Under the pieces are notes generated by a model. The model was not told the origin of the DNA, made no database searches, and saw nothing but the letters and a program-made list of their open reading frames with translations. Positions 32,024-45,005 of a stretch of DNA of 64,000 bases are shown piece after piece. Numbering within the stretch: the first letter of the stretch is position 1; each line of letters starts with the position of its first letter. The stretch is taken from assembly GCF_055900595.2 (NCBI RefSeq), contig NZ_CM148325.1, one strand, 5' to 3'. A program made the translations under genes and the position numbers.

Positions 32024-35000
32024 ACATATTCACGCTTTCCCTCGGTCTGGCCGTCATGCCGATGGTCGAGGCAGCACCAACCGCTCAGCAACAGTTGCTG
32101 GAGCAAGTTCGGTTAGGCGAAGCGACCCATCGTGAAGATCTGGTGCAACAGTCGTTGTATCGGCTGGAACTTATTGATCCGAATAACCCGGACGTCGTTG
32201 CCGCCCGTTTCCGTTCTCTGTTACGTCAGGGCGATATTGATGGCGCGCAAAAACAGCTCGATCGGCTGTCGCAGTTAGCGCCGAGTTCAAATGCGTATAA
32301 ATCGTCGCGGACCACAATGTTACTTTCTACGCCGGATGGTCGTCAGGCACTGCAACAGGCAAGATTGCAGGCGACTACCGGTCATGCAGAAGAAGCTGTG
32401 GCGAGTTACAACAAGCTGTTCAACGGTGCGCCGCCGGAAGGTGACATTGCCGTCGAGTACTGGAGTACGGTGGCGAAAATTCCGGCTCGCCGTGGCGAAG
32501 CGATTAATCAGCTAAAACGCATTAATGCGGATACGCCGGGCAATACGGGCCTGCAAAACAATCTGGCGCTATTGCTGTTTAGTAGCGATCGGCGTGACGA
32601 AGGCTTTGCCGTCCTGGAACAGATGGCGAAATCGAACGCCGGACGCGAAGGGGCCTCTAAAATCTGGTACGGGCAGATTAAAGACATGCCCGTCAGCGAT
32701 GCCAGTGTGCAGGCGCTGAAAAAATATCTCTCGATCTTTAGCGATGGCGATAGCGTAGCTGCTGCGCAATCGCAACTGGCAGAACAGCAAAAACAGCTGG
32801 CCGACCCTGCTTTCCGCGCTCGTGCGCAAGGTTTAGCGGCAGTGGACTCTGGCATGGCGGGTAAAGCCATTCCCGAACTACAACAGGCAGTGCGGGCGAA
32901 CCCGAAAGACAGTGAGGCTCTGGGGGCGCTGGGCCAGGCGTATTCTCAGAAAGGCGATCGCGCCAATGCGGTGGCGAATCTGGAAAAATCCCTCGCACTG
33001 GACCCGCACAGCAGCAACAACGACAAATGGAACAGTCTGCTGAAAGTAAACCGCTACTGGCTGGCGATCCAGCAGGGTGATGCCGCGCTGAAAGCCAATA
33101 ATCCTGACCGGGCAGAACGCCTGTTCCAGCAGGCGCGCAGTGTCGATAACACCGACAGCTATGCGGTGTTGGGGCTGGGCGATGTGGCGATGGCGCGAAA
33201 AGATTATTCCGCCGCCGAACGTTATTATCAGCAGACCTTGCGTATGGACAGCGGCAACACTAACGCCGTGCGCGGGCTGGCGAATATTTACCGCCAGCAA
33301 TCGCCAGAAAAAGCAGAAGCGTTTATCGCCTCGCTCTCTGCCAGCCAGCGGCGCAGCATTGATGATATCGAACGTAGCCTGCAAAACGATCGTCTGGCAC
33401 AGCAGGCAGAGGCACTGGAAAACCAGGGCAAATGGGCGCAGGCAGCAGCACTTCAGCGGCAACGACTGGCACTGGACCCCGGCAGTGTATGGATTACTTA
33501 CCGACTTTCGCAGGATCTCTGGCAGGCCGGACAACGCAGCCAGGCCGATACGTTAATGCGCAATCTCGCGCAGCAGAAGCCGAACGACCCGGAGCAGGTT
33601 TACGCTTACGGGCTGTACCTCTCAGGTCACGACCAGGACAGAGCGGCACTGGCGCATATCAACAGCCTGCCGCGCACGCAGTGGAACAGCAATATTCAGG
33701 AGTTGGTTAATCGCCTGCAAAGCGATCAGGTGCTGGAAACCGCTAATCGCCTGCGAGAAAACGGCAAAGAGGCAGAAGCGGAAGCGATGCTGCGCCAGCA
33801 ACCGCCTTCCTCGCGTATTGATCTGACGCTGGCTGACTGGGCGCAACAACGACGTGATTACACCGCCGCCCGCACTGCATATCAGAATGTCCTGACGCGG
33901 GAGCCAACTAACGCCGATGCCATTCTTGGTCTGACGGAAGTGGATATTGCTGCCGGTGACAAAGCGGCGGCACGTAGCCAGCTGGCGAAACTGCCTGCTA
34001 CCGATAACGCCTCTCTGAACACACAGCGGCGCGTGGCGCTGGCGCAGGCGCAGCTTGGCGATACCGCAGCGGCGCAGAAGACGTTTAACAAGCTGATCCC
34101 GCAGGCAAAATCTCAGCCACCGTCGATGGAAAGCGCGATGGTACTGCGCGACGGTGCGAAGTTTGAAGCACAGGCGGGCGATCCAACGCAGGCGCTGGAA
34201 ACCTACAAAGACGCGATGGTTGCATCCGGTGTGACCACGACGCGTCCGCAGGATAACGACACCTTTACCCGGCTGACTCGTAACGACGAGAAAGATGACT
34301 GGCTGAAACGCGGCGTGCGCAGCGATGCGGCAGATCTCTACCGCCAGCAGGATCTTAACGTCACCCTCGAGCACGATTACTGGGGGTCGAGCGGCACCGG
34401 TGGTTACTCCGATCTGAAAGCGCACACTACCATGTTGCAGGTGGATGCGCCGTATTCTGACGGGCGGATGTTCTTTCGCAGTGATTTCGTCAATATGAAC
34501 GTCGGCAGTTTCTCCACGAATGCCGATGGCAAATGGGATGACAACTGGGGCACCTGTACATTACAGGACTGTAGCGGCAACCGCAGCCAGTCGGATTCCG
34601 GTGCCAGCGTGGCGGTCGGCTGGCGAAATGACGTCTGGAGCTGGGATATCGGCACCACGCCGATGGGCTTCAACGTGGTGGATGTGGTCGGCGGCATCAG
34701 TTACAGTGATGATATGGGGCCGCTGGGTTACACCGTTAACGCCCATCGTCGGCCCATTTCCAGTTCTTTGCTGGCCTTTGGCGGGCAAAAAGACTCCCCG
34801 AGCAATACCGGGAAAAAATGGGGTGGCGTGCGTGCCGACGGCGTGGGGCTAAGCCTGAGCTACGATAAAGGTGAAGCAAACGGCGTCTGGGCATCGCTTA
34901 GCGGCGACCAGTTAACCGGTAAAAATGTTGAAGATAACTGGCGCGTGCGCTGGATGACGGGCTATTACTATAAGGTCATCAACCAGAACAATCGCCGCGT

Positions 35001-35478
35001 GACAATCGGCCTGAACAACATGATCTGGCATTACGACAAAGACCTGAGTGGGTACTCACTCGGTCAGGGCGGTTACTACAGCCCGCAGGAATACCTGTCG
35101 TTTGCCATTCCGGTGATGTGGCGTGAACGGACAGAAAACTGGTCGTGGGAGCTGGGGGCGTCTGGTTCGTGGTCGCATTCGCGCACCAAAACCATGCCGC
35201 GGTATCCGCTGATGAATCTGATCCCGACTGACTGGCAGGAAGAAGCTGCGCGGCAATCCAACGATGGCGGCAGCAGTCAGGGCTTTGGCTATACGGCGCG
35301 GGCATTACTTGAGCGTCGCGTCACATCCAACTGGTTTGTCGGTACGGCAATTGATATCCAGCAAGCGAAGGATTACGCGCCCAGCCATTTCCTGCTCTAC
35401 GTACGTTATTCCGCCGCCGGATGGCAGGGTGACATGGATTTACCGCCGCAGCCGCTGATACCTTACGCCGACTGGTAA
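32005..35478 (+). CDS. bcsC: cellulose synthase outer-membrane subunit (TPR repeats plus beta-barrel)
   Basis: 1157-aa ORF with signal peptide; 19-bp overlap with the bcsZ 3' end. Confidence 0.93.
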
Positions 35479-35559
35479 GTTTTCAGATAGCGCCTCTCTT
35501 AATGCCGCTGCGATCGGGTATACTCGGGCGGCAATCTGGGATTTCCGGGGGGAGACAAT

Positions 35560-37548
35560 TTGCGCGTAAGTCGCTCGTTAACAATCAAGCAGATGGCAAT
35601 GGTGGCAGCCGTTGTCCTGGTGTTCGTTTTTATTTTTTGCACCGTTTTGCTGTTCCATCTGGTCCAGCAGAATCGCTATAACACGGCTACGCAACTGGAA
35701 AGCATTGCTCGCTCTGTCCGCGAACCCTTATCTTCTGCCATTTTGAAAGGCGATATTCCCGAAGCGGAAGCTATTCTTGCCAGCATTAAACCGGCAGGCG
35801 TGGTCAGCCGTGCCGATGTGGTGCTGCCTAACCAGTTCCAGGCGCTGCGTAAAAGTTTTATTCCAGAGCGTCCGGTGCCGGTAATGGTTACTCGCATGTT
35901 TGAGCTACCGGTGCAAATCTCGCTGGGCGTTTACTCGCTGGAACGTCCGGCAAACCCGCAGCCAATTGCCTATCTGGTGCTACAGGCGGATTCCTTCCGC
36001 ATGTATAAGTTCGTGATGAGCACCCTCTCGACGTTAGTGACCATTTACTTACTTTTGTCGTTAATATTGACGGTGGCGATTAGCTGGTGCATTAACCGCC
36101 TGATTTTGCATCCGTTACGCAATATTGCTCGTGAACTTAACGCCATCCCAGCCCAGGAGCTTGTTGGTCACCAACTGGCATTACCACGTCTGCATCAGGA
36201 CGATGAAATCGGTATGCTGGTGCGCAGTTACAACCTCAACCAGCAATTGCTGCAGCGCCATTATGAAGAACAGAACGAAAATGCGATGCGCTTCCCGGTG
36301 TCGGATTTGCCGAACAAAGCCTTGCTGATGGAGATGCTGGAGCAGGTTGTCGCGCGTAAACAAACCACCGCGCTGATGATTATCACCTGTGAAACCCTGC
36401 GTGATACTGCGGGCGTGCTGAAAGAGGCGCAACGAGAAATTCTGCTGCTGACGCTGGTGGAAAAACTCAAATCGGTACTGTCGCCACGTATGATCCTCGC
36501 GCAGATTAGTGGTTATGACTTTGCTGTCATTGCCAACGGTGTACAGGAGCCGTGGCATGCTATTACTTTAGGTCAGCAAGTGCTCACTATCATGAGCGAG
36601 CGCCTGCCGATTGAACGTATTCAACTCCGTCCGCACTGTAGCATTGGCGTGGCGATGTTCTACGGCGATCTCACCGCCGAACAGCTTTACAGTCGCGCTA
36701 TTTCTGCGGCATTTACCGCTCGCCATAAAGGTAAGAATCAGATTCAGTTCTTTGATCCGCAGCAGATGGAAGCCGCCCAACAGCGGTTGACGGAAGAGAG
36801 CGATATCCTTAATGCACTGGAAAATCATCAGTTTGCGATTTGGTTACAGCCACAGGTCGAGATGACCAGCGGTAAACTGGTCAGTGCGGAAGTGTTACTG
36901 CGTATCCAGCAACCGGATGGCAGTTGGGATCTGCCGGATGGCTTAATCGATCGCATTGAGTGCTGTGGGCTGATGGTTACCGTCGGTCACTGGGTGCTGG
37001 AAGAGTCCTGTCGACTGCTGGCTGCCTGGCAAGAGCGCGGCATTATGTTGCCCTTGTCGGTAAACCTCTCAGCGCTGCAACTGATGCACCCGAATATGGT
37101 GGCGGATATGCTGGAGCTGTTAACCCGCTATCGCATTCAGCCGGGAACGCTGATTCTGGAAGTGACAGAAAGCCGACGTATTGACGACCCTCATGCAGCG
37201 GTGGCAATCCTCCGTCCGTTGCGTAATGCCGGCGTTCGGGTGGCGCTGGATGATTTCGGCATGGGCTACGCAGGGCTGCGTCAGCTGCAGCATATGAAAT
37301 CGTTGCCAATCGACGTGTTAAAAATCGACAAAATGTTTGTTGAAGGCTTGCCGGAAGATAGCAGCATGATTGCTGCAATTATCATGTTGGCGCAAAGCCT
37401 GAACTTACAAATGATTGCCGAAGGCGTGGAGACTGAAGCACAACGCGACTGGCTGGCAAAAGCGGGCGTTGGTATTGCCCAGGGCTTCCTTTTTGCTCGC
37501 CCACTCCCTATTGAAATCTTCGAAGAGAGTTACCTGGAAGAAAAGTAG
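35560..37548 (+). CDS. pdeK: c-di-GMP phosphodiesterase PdeK (HAMP, degenerate GGDEF, EAL)
   Basis: 662-aa ORF as given in track (TTG start, exact start uncertain); EAL-domain motifs in the C-terminal half. Confidence 0.85.
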   Translation: MRVSRSLTIKQMAMVAAVVLVFVFIFCTVLLFHLVQQNRYNTATQLESIARSVREPLSSAILKGDIPEAEAILASIKPAGVVSRADVVLPNQFQALRKSFIPERPVPVMVTRMFELPVQISLGVYSLERPANPQPIAYLVLQADSFRMYKFVMSTLSTLVTIYLLLSLILTVAISWCINRLILHPLRNIARELNAIPAQELVGHQLALPRLHQDDEIGMLVRSYNLNQQLLQRHYEEQNENAMRFPVSDLPNKALLMEMLEQVVARKQTTALMIITCETLRDTAGVLKEAQREILLLTLVEKLKSVLSPRMILAQISGYDFAVIANGVQEPWHAITLGQQVLTIMSERLPIERIQLRPHCSIGVAMFYGDLTAEQLYSRAISAAFTARHKGKNQIQFFDPQQMEAAQQRLTEESDILNALENHQFAIWLQPQVEMTSGKLVSAEVLLRIQQPDGSWDLPDGLIDRIECCGLMVTVGHWVLEESCRLLAAWQERGIMLPLSVNLSALQLMHPNMVADMLELLTRYRIQPGTLILEVTESRRIDDPHAAVAILRPLRNAGVRVALDDFGMGYAGLRQLQHMKSLPIDVLKIDKMFVEGLPEDSSMIAAIIMLAQSLNLQMIAEGVETEAQRDWLAKAGVGIAQGFLFARPLPIEIFEESYLEEK

Positions 37549-37694
37549 CTACCCCAAACTGATTACAAAACTTTAAAAAGTGCTGGTTTGTGCGAGCCAG
37601 CTCAAACTTTTTAACCTTTTTGTTTCAATTATGATCCAGGTACATTTCTGTGATGTTGTCTGGGTGTTATTTTAAGGCCGCAGGTACCCCATAA

Positions 37695-39017
<1,323 letters not shown>

Positions 39018-39031
39018 TCTCACCACTTATG

Positions 39032-39064
39032 CCCGCACTCCCTTCCCCGAGTGCGGGTGTTTGC
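39032..39064 (+). terminator. candidate intrinsic terminator after dctA
   Basis: CCCGCACTC...GAGTGCGGG hairpin followed by TGTTTGCG. Confidence 0.5.
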
Positions 39065-39236
39065 GCATAATTGACCCCTGTGCCTGAACTTACCACCTGG
39101 GTGAGTTCAGGTTTATTTCACTTCTTCCGTGACATTTTCATGTTCTTGCGGTCTAACACGAAGTGTTTTTAATGTCATTTAGACTGACCGACAACGGGCA
39201 GTTTTTTATTACCAGGATAGTTGATCAGGGGTTCAC

Positions 39237-40733
39237 ATGCAGGGCACAAAAATTCGACTTTTAGCGGGCGGTTTGCTGATGATGGCCACTGCTGGCTATG
39301 TGCAGGCAGATGCGCTCCAGCCTGATCCAGCATGGCAACAGGGGACGCTTTCCAACGGTTTACAGTGGCAAGTGCTGACCACGCCCCAGCGTCCCAGCGA
39401 TCGTGTTGAAATTCGCCTGCTGGTTAATACCGGTTCGCTCGCCGAAAGTACACAACAGAGCGGTTACAGCCACGCCATCCCTCGTATTGCGTTAACGCAA
39501 AGCGGTGGCCTTGACGCAGCACAGGCGCGTTCATTGTGGCAGCAGGGGATCGACCCTAAACGCCCGATGCCGCCGGTAATTGTCTCTTATGACACCACGC
39601 TGTTTAATCTGAGTTTGCCCAATAACCGTAACGACTTGCTGAAAGAAGCGCTCTCTTATCTGGCAAATGCCACTGGCAAACTGACTATCACGCCAGAAAC
39701 CATCAACCACGCGTTGCAAAGTCAGGACATGGTGGCAACCTGGCCTGCCGATACTAAAGAGGGCTGGTGGCGCTATCGTCTGAAAGGATCAACCTTGTTA
39801 GGTCACGATCCTGCCGATCCGCTGAAACAACCCGTTGAAGCGGAAAAGATTAAAGATTTCTATCAGAAATGGTACACCCCGGATGCAATGACGCTGCTGG
39901 TGGTGGGAAACGTGGATGCGCGCTCGGTTGTCGACCAAATCAACAAAACGTTTGGCGAACTGAAAGGCAAACGTGAAACACCGGCCCCGGTGCCGACGCT
40001 TTCTCCGCTGCGTCCTGAAGCGGTGAGTATTATGACCGATGCGGTACGTCAGGACCGGTTATCTATCATGTGGGATACGCCGTGGCAGCCAATTCGTGAA
40101 TCAGCCGCACTGCTGCGCTACTGGCGTGCGGACCTGGCCCGTGAGGCGCTGTTCTGGCACGTTCAGCAAGCGTTAAGCACCAGTAACAGCAAAGACATCG
40201 GTCTTGGATTTGACTGCCGTGTGCTGTATCTGCGTGCGCAGTGTGCCATCAACATCGAGTCACCAAACGACAAGCTGAACAGCAACCTTAATTTGGTAGC
40301 GCGTGAGCTGGCAAAGGTTCGCGATAAAGGTCTGCCGGAAGAAGAGTTCAATGCGTTAGTGGCGCAAAAGAAACTGGAGCTGCAGAAACTGTTTGCCGCC
40401 TATGCGCGAGCTGATACCGATATTTTGATGGGGCAGCGGATGCGTTCGTTGCAAAATCAGGTCGTTGATATCGCGCCGGAGCAATATCAGAAACTGCGGC
40501 AGGATTTCCTTAATAGTCTGACGGTAGAGATGTTAAATCAGGATCTGCGCCAGCAGTTGTCGAACGATATGGCGTTAATTCTTCTGCAGCCGAAAGGCGA
40601 GCCAGAATTTAACATGAAAGCGTTGCAGGCGGCCTGGGATCAAATCATGGCCCCATCTACTACTGCTGCCACAACCTCTGTTGCCACGGATGACGTACAT
40701 CCTGAAGTGACGGATATTCCACCCGCACAGTAA
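39237..40733 (+). CDS. yhjJ: M16-family zinc peptidase-like periplasmic protein
   Basis: 498-aa ORF with signal peptide, recognised as YhjJ. Confidence 0.88.
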   Translation: MQGTKIRLLAGGLLMMATAGYVQADALQPDPAWQQGTLSNGLQWQVLTTPQRPSDRVEIRLLVNTGSLAESTQQSGYSHAIPRIALTQSGGLDAAQARSLWQQGIDPKRPMPPVIVSYDTTLFNLSLPNNRNDLLKEALSYLANATGKLTITPETINHALQSQDMVATWPADTKEGWWRYRLKGSTLLGHDPADPLKQPVEAEKIKDFYQKWYTPDAMTLLVVGNVDARSVVDQINKTFGELKGKRETPAPVPTLSPLRPEAVSIMTDAVRQDRLSIMWDTPWQPIRESAALLRYWRADLAREALFWHVQQALSTSNSKDIGLGFDCRVLYLRAQCAINIESPNDKLNSNLNLVARELAKVRDKGLPEEEFNALVAQKKLELQKLFAAYARADTDILMGQRMRSLQNQVVDIAPEQYQKLRQDFLNSLTVEMLNQDLRQQLSNDMALILLQPKGEPEFNMKALQAAWDQIMAPSTTAATTSVATDDVHPEVTDIPPAQ

Positions 40734-40780
40734 TGCCTGATGGTGATGAGTTAGCACAACCATCAGGTATTTATGGATGA

Positions 40781-40816
40781 GCTGGATAGAGGGGTAACAC
40801 TTTATCCAGCCTTTTG
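40781..40816 (+). terminator. candidate intrinsic terminator after yhjJ
   Basis: GCTGGATA...TATCCAGC hairpin followed by CTTTTGC. Confidence 0.5.
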
Positions 40817-40828
40817 CATATGCTGCTT

Positions 40829-41758
40829 TTACGCCGGCATCGCCTCACGCGGGATAATCGCGCCGCGATACTGAATAACGGTACTTGCGGTCAGGTGCCC
40901 GCGTTTCGCCGCATTTTCCGCACTGCCGCCCGTCAAACGTACCGCCAGATAACCGGCACTGAAAGAGTCGCCAGCTGCGGTGGTATCGATCACTTTTTCT
41001 TTCGGCAGTTTCACCGCCGGAACATCCACTAACCCTTCGCCAGCAATGGACACCAGGCAAGAATCCGCCCCGCGTTTCACCACCACTTCTTTCACGCCCG
41101 CGTTATGGGTGCGCGCAATGACGTCTTCCACCGGCTGTTGACCCCACAGCGCGTCTTCATCGTCCAGCGTCAGGAAGGCGATATCCGTGCATTCCAGCAT
41201 TTGCTGGTACACCTGCTGTGTCTCTTCTTTGCTGGCCCACAGGCGCGGACGATAGTTATTGTCGAAAATTACTTTTCCGCCGTTGGCGCGGCATTCGCGC
41301 AGCAGGGAAAGCAGCTTTTCGCGGCTGGTCGGGCTTAAGATCGCCAGGCTAATCCCGCTCAGGTAGAGATAATCGAAACTCGCCAGCTCTTCGCAAATCG
41401 CCGCGGATTGCTCACTCTCCAGCCAGAATTTGGCGGCGGCTTCGTTACGCCAGTAGTAGAACGTACGTTCGCCGGTGCTGTCGGTTTCAATGTAGTAAAG
41501 GCCCGGCAGACGGTTTTCCATCCGTTGGGTCAGGGAAGTATCAACGTTCTCGCCGTGCCAGGCGTCCAGCATCTGCTGGCTAAAACTGTCCGTTCCCAGC
41601 GCCGTTACGTAATGAACGGTTAATGCCGCAGGATCGACCTGACGGGCGATATAGACGGAAGTGTTCAGGGTATCGCCGCCGAAACCGCGCTTAACGTCCG
41701 CGCCTTTCTCGGAAAGCTCAATCATGCATTCGCCAATCACGGCAATCTTTTTGGACAT
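40829..41758 (-). CDS. kdgK: 2-dehydro-3-deoxygluconokinase
   Basis: ORF-track 40829..42106 (425 aa) trimmed to internal Met at 41758 (MSKKIAVIGECMIELSEKG...), 309 aa, PfkB sugar-kinase family. Confidence 0.9.
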   Translation of the reverse strand: MSKKIAVIGECMIELSEKGADVKRGFGGDTLNTSVYIARQVDPAALTVHYVTALGTDSFSQQMLDAWHGENVDTSLTQRMENRLPGLYYIETDSTGERTFYYWRNEAAAKFWLESEQSAAICEELASFDYLYLSGISLAILSPTSREKLLSLLRECRANGGKVIFDNNYRPRLWASKEETQQVYQQMLECTDIAFLTLDDEDALWGQQPVEDVIARTHNAGVKEVVVKRGADSCLVSIAGEGLVDVPAVKLPKEKVIDTTAAGDSFSAGYLAVRLTGGSAENAAKRGHLTASTVIQYRGAIIPREAMPA

Positions 41759-41914
41759 AGTCGTGAACCTGATCTGTAAAAAATTAGCGTTAGTTTGCGC
41801 TGTGGTGGTTTGCTGGTCAACCATATTAAAACAGTGTTCCATTATTTTTTTGAGCCAGAACGTATTCCTGAAAGATTCCGTTGTGGCGTGGGGAAATTTA
41901 CCCCGGCCAGGCGG

Positions 41915-41941
41915 TAAAGTTCTGCCTTTGCGCGCCGATAA
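41915..41941 (+). promoter_or_regulatory. sigma-28 (FliA) class 3 flagellar promoter for pdeH
   Basis: TAAAGTTC-N11-GCCGATAA, a near-perfect match to the FliA consensus TAAAGTTT-N11-GCCGATAA, about 50 bp upstream of the pdeH ATG. Confidence 0.8.
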
Positions 41942-41989
41942 TCTTTGTCGAGTCCGGGCAGCATCACTTTTAAACACAGGACATCTTTG

Positions 41990-42757
41990 ATGATAAGGCA
42001 GGTTATCCAGCGAATAAGCAACCCTGAAGCAAGCATCGAGAGCTTGCAGGAACGGCGTTTTTGGTTGCAGTGTGAGCGTGCTTACACCTGGCAGCCGATC
42101 TATCAAACCTGCGGACGGTTAATGGCCGTGGAGCTATTAACGGTGGTCACGCATCCCTTGAACCCTTCGCAACGCCTGCCACCGGATCGCTATTTTACTG
42201 AAATCACCGTCAGCCATCGGATGGAGGTTGTGAAAGAGCAGATTGATTTGCTGGCGCAAAAAGCCGACTTCTTTGTAGAGCACGACCTGCTGGCATCGGT
42301 CAATATTGATGGTCCTACGCTCATCGCCCTGCGTCAGCAACCAAAAATCCTGCGCCAGATTGAGCGTCTTCCCTGGCTGCGTTTCGAACTGGTGGAACAC
42401 ATCCGTCTGCCGAAAGATTCAACCTTTGCCTCGATGTGTGAATTTGGCCCGCTGTGGCTGGATGATTTTGGCACCGGGATGGCAAATTTCTCTGCGCTAA
42501 GTGAAGTGCGTTATGACTACATCAAAATCGCGCGAGAACTGTTTGTGATGCTGCGTCAGTCACCGGAAGGACGCACACTCTTTTCTCAGCTTTTACATCT
42601 CATGAATCGCTATTGTCGCGGGGTGATTGTTGAGGGCGTAGAAACGCCGGAAGAGTGGCGTGATGTTCAGAACTCGCCCGCATTCGCCGCACAAGGCTGG
42701 TTTCTTTCACGCCCGGCACCGATAGAAACGCTGAATTCGGCAGTTCTGGCGCTATAA
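41990..42757 (+). CDS. pdeH: c-di-GMP phosphodiesterase PdeH (EAL domain)
   Basis: ORF-track 41945..42757 trimmed to ATG 41990 (MIRQVIQRISNPEASIESL...), 255 aa. Confidence 0.9.
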   Translation: MIRQVIQRISNPEASIESLQERRFWLQCERAYTWQPIYQTCGRLMAVELLTVVTHPLNPSQRLPPDRYFTEITVSHRMEVVKEQIDLLAQKADFFVEHDLLASVNIDGPTLIALRQQPKILRQIERLPWLRFELVEHIRLPKDSTFASMCEFGPLWLDDFGTGMANFSALSEVRYDYIKIARELFVMLRQSPEGRTLFSQLLHLMNRYCRGVIVEGVETPEEWRDVQNSPAFAAQGWFLSRPAPIETLNSAVLAL

Positions 42758-42827
42758 GCTGCCTCATTTTCTGCCTGGCTGGACTATCTTTAGGACTGGC
42801 ACAGGAAGAAATATGAGGAAGCGAATG

Positions 42828-44888
42828 ATGAGCAAGGCAGGCAAAATAACCGCTGCGATTTCAGGGACTTTCTTGTTGTTGATTGTCGTGGCGATCATTT
42901 TGATTGCAACATTTGACTGGAATCGACTCAAACCGACCATCAACCAGAAAGTCTCTGCGGAGTTGAATCGTCCATTCGCTATCCGTGGCGATCTGGGCGT
43001 GGTGTGGGAGCGGCAAAAACAAGAAACCGGCTGGCGCAGCTGGGTGCCGTGGCCTCATGTGCATGCAGAAGACATCATTCTTGGCAATCCGCCGGATATT
43101 CCCGAAGTCACAATGGTGCATTTGCCACGCGTAGAGGCAACACTGGCCCCGCTGGCGTTGCTGACCAAAACGGTCTGGCTGCCGTGGATAAAACTGGAGA
43201 AGCCCGACGCGCGTCTGATTCGTCTCTCTGAAAAGAACAATAACTGGACCTTTAATCTCGCCAATGATGACAACAAAGACATGAATGCAAAGCCGTCGGC
43301 GTGGTCGTTTCGACTGGATAATATTCTGTTCGATCAAGGGCGGATCGCTATTGATGACAAAGTAAGCAAAGCGGATCTGGAAATTTTTGTCGATCCGTTA
43401 GGCAAGCCGCTGCCGTTCAGTGAAGTTACCGGATCGAAAGGTAAAGCGGACAAAGAAAAGGTGGGCGATTACGTTTTTGGTCTGAAGGCGCAGGGACGTT
43501 ATAACGGTGAACCGCTCACGGGCAAAGGTAAAATCGGCGGTATGCTGGCACTACGCGGCGAAGGTACACCGTTTCCGGTACAGGCTGATTTCCGCTCCGG
43601 GAATACTCGCGTCGCTTTTGATGGCGTCGTGAATGACCCAATGAAGATGGGCGGTGTCGATTTACGGCTTAAATTTTCTGGCGATTCGCTGGGTGATCTC
43701 TATGAACTGACGGGCGTTCTGCTGCCCGATACCCCGCCGTTTGAAACCGATGGTCGGCTGGTCGCGAAAATCGACACTGAAAAATCGTCGGTATTTGATT
43801 ATCGAGGCTTTAATGGGCGCATTGGCGATAGTGATATCCACGGTTCTCTGATCTACACCACCGGCAAGCCACGGCCAAAACTGGAAGGTGATGTCGAATC
43901 GCGGCAATTGCGGCTGGCAGATTTAGGGCCATTGATTGGCGTTGATTCTGGAAAAGGTGCAGAAAAGTCGAAACGGTCTGAGCAGAAGAAAGGCGAAAAA
44001 AGCGTTCAGCCTGCGGGCAAAGTGCTGCCTTATGACCGCTTCGAAACCGAAAAATGGGACGTCATGGATGCCGATGTCCGCTTCAAAGGTCGGCGCATTG
44101 AACATTGTAGTAGCTTGCCGATTAGCGATCTTTCTACTCATATCATCCTCAAAAATGCTGACCTGCGCCTGCAACCGCTGAAATTTGGCATGGCAGGCGG
44201 CAGCATTGCGGCGAATATTCATCTGGAAGGTGATAAAAAACCGATGCAGGGGCGGGCAGATATTCAGGCTCGTCGGCTGAAACTGAAAGAACTGATGCCG
44301 GATGTGGAGCTGATGCAGAAGACGCTGGGGGAAATGAACGGTGACGCGGAACTACGCGGTAGCGGTAACTCGGTGGCGGCGCTTTTAGGCAACAGTAACG
44401 GCAACCTGAAACTGTTGATGAATGACGGGCTGGTGAGCCGCAACCTGATGGAGATTGTCGGCCTGAATGTTGGTAACTACATTGTCGGTGCGATATTTGG
44501 TGACGATGAGGTGCGGGTGAACTGCGCGGCAGCGAATCTGGATATTGCCAACGGTGTGGCGCGTCCGCAGATTTTTGCTTTTGATACTGAGAATGCGTTG
44601 ATCAATGTTACCGGCACGGCAAGTTTTGCTTCGGAACAGCTGGATTTAACTATCGATCCAGAAAGTAAAGGGATTCGGATTATCACACTGCGTTCGCCGC
44701 TGTATGTGCGTGGGACATTTAAAAATCCGCAGGCTGGGGTAAAAGCCGGACCGTTGATTGCTCGCGGAGCCGTCGCGGCGGCACTGGCAACGCTGGTAAC
44801 ACCGGCGGCGGCGTTACTGGCGCTGATCTCTCCTTCCGAAGGGGAGGCTAATCAGTGTCGGACGATTTTGTCGCAGATGAAGAAGTGA
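42828..44888 (+). CDS. yhjG: AsmA-family inner membrane-anchored protein
   Basis: ORF-track 42813..44888; start among the clustered ATGs 42813/42825/42828 is uncertain; about 686-691 aa with N-terminal TM anchor. Confidence 0.85.
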   Translation: MSKAGKITAAISGTFLLLIVVAIILIATFDWNRLKPTINQKVSAELNRPFAIRGDLGVVWERQKQETGWRSWVPWPHVHAEDIILGNPPDIPEVTMVHLPRVEATLAPLALLTKTVWLPWIKLEKPDARLIRLSEKNNNWTFNLANDDNKDMNAKPSAWSFRLDNILFDQGRIAIDDKVSKADLEIFVDPLGKPLPFSEVTGSKGKADKEKVGDYVFGLKAQGRYNGEPLTGKGKIGGMLALRGEGTPFPVQADFRSGNTRVAFDGVVNDPMKMGGVDLRLKFSGDSLGDLYELTGVLLPDTPPFETDGRLVAKIDTEKSSVFDYRGFNGRIGDSDIHGSLIYTTGKPRPKLEGDVESRQLRLADLGPLIGVDSGKGAEKSKRSEQKKGEKSVQPAGKVLPYDRFETEKWDVMDADVRFKGRRIEHCSSLPISDLSTHIILKNADLRLQPLKFGMAGGSIAANIHLEGDKKPMQGRADIQARRLKLKELMPDVELMQKTLGEMNGDAELRGSGNSVAALLGNSNGNLKLLMNDGLVSRNLMEIVGLNVGNYIVGAIFGDDEVRVNCAAANLDIANGVARPQIFAFDTENALINVTGTASFASEQLDLTIDPESKGIRIITLRSPLYVRGTFKNPQAGVKAGPLIARGAVAAALATLVTPAAALLALISPSEGEANQCRTILSQMKK

Positions 44889-44896
44889 TGGAAACT

Positions 44897-44993
44897 GCCG
44901 GATGCGGCGTGAACGCCTTATCCGGCCTACAAATCCTTGCGAATTCAATATATTTTATGGAAATTCAGGCCTGATAAGCGTAGCGCATCAGGC
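44897..44993. repeat. REP/BIME element between convergent yhjG and yhjE
   Basis: GCCGGATGCGGCGTGAACGCCTTATCCGGCCTAC and AGGCCTGATAAGCGTAGCGCATCAGGC. Confidence 0.8.
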
Positions 44994-45005
44994 TTTTCAC
45001 TCTTA

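Noticed and set aside
40829-42106. 5'-extended ORF-track versions of known genes (kdgK as 425 aa, tag as 266 aa, yiaF as 276 aa, gadA as 487 aa, gadE as 201 aa, bcsR as 76 aa, bcsB as 808 aa, yhjV as 444 aa)
   Set aside because: The track extends to the most upstream possible start (including TTG/GTG). Native starts were chosen where the recognised protein begins and a plausible RBS or known overlap is present; the extensions read through upstream non-coding DNA.
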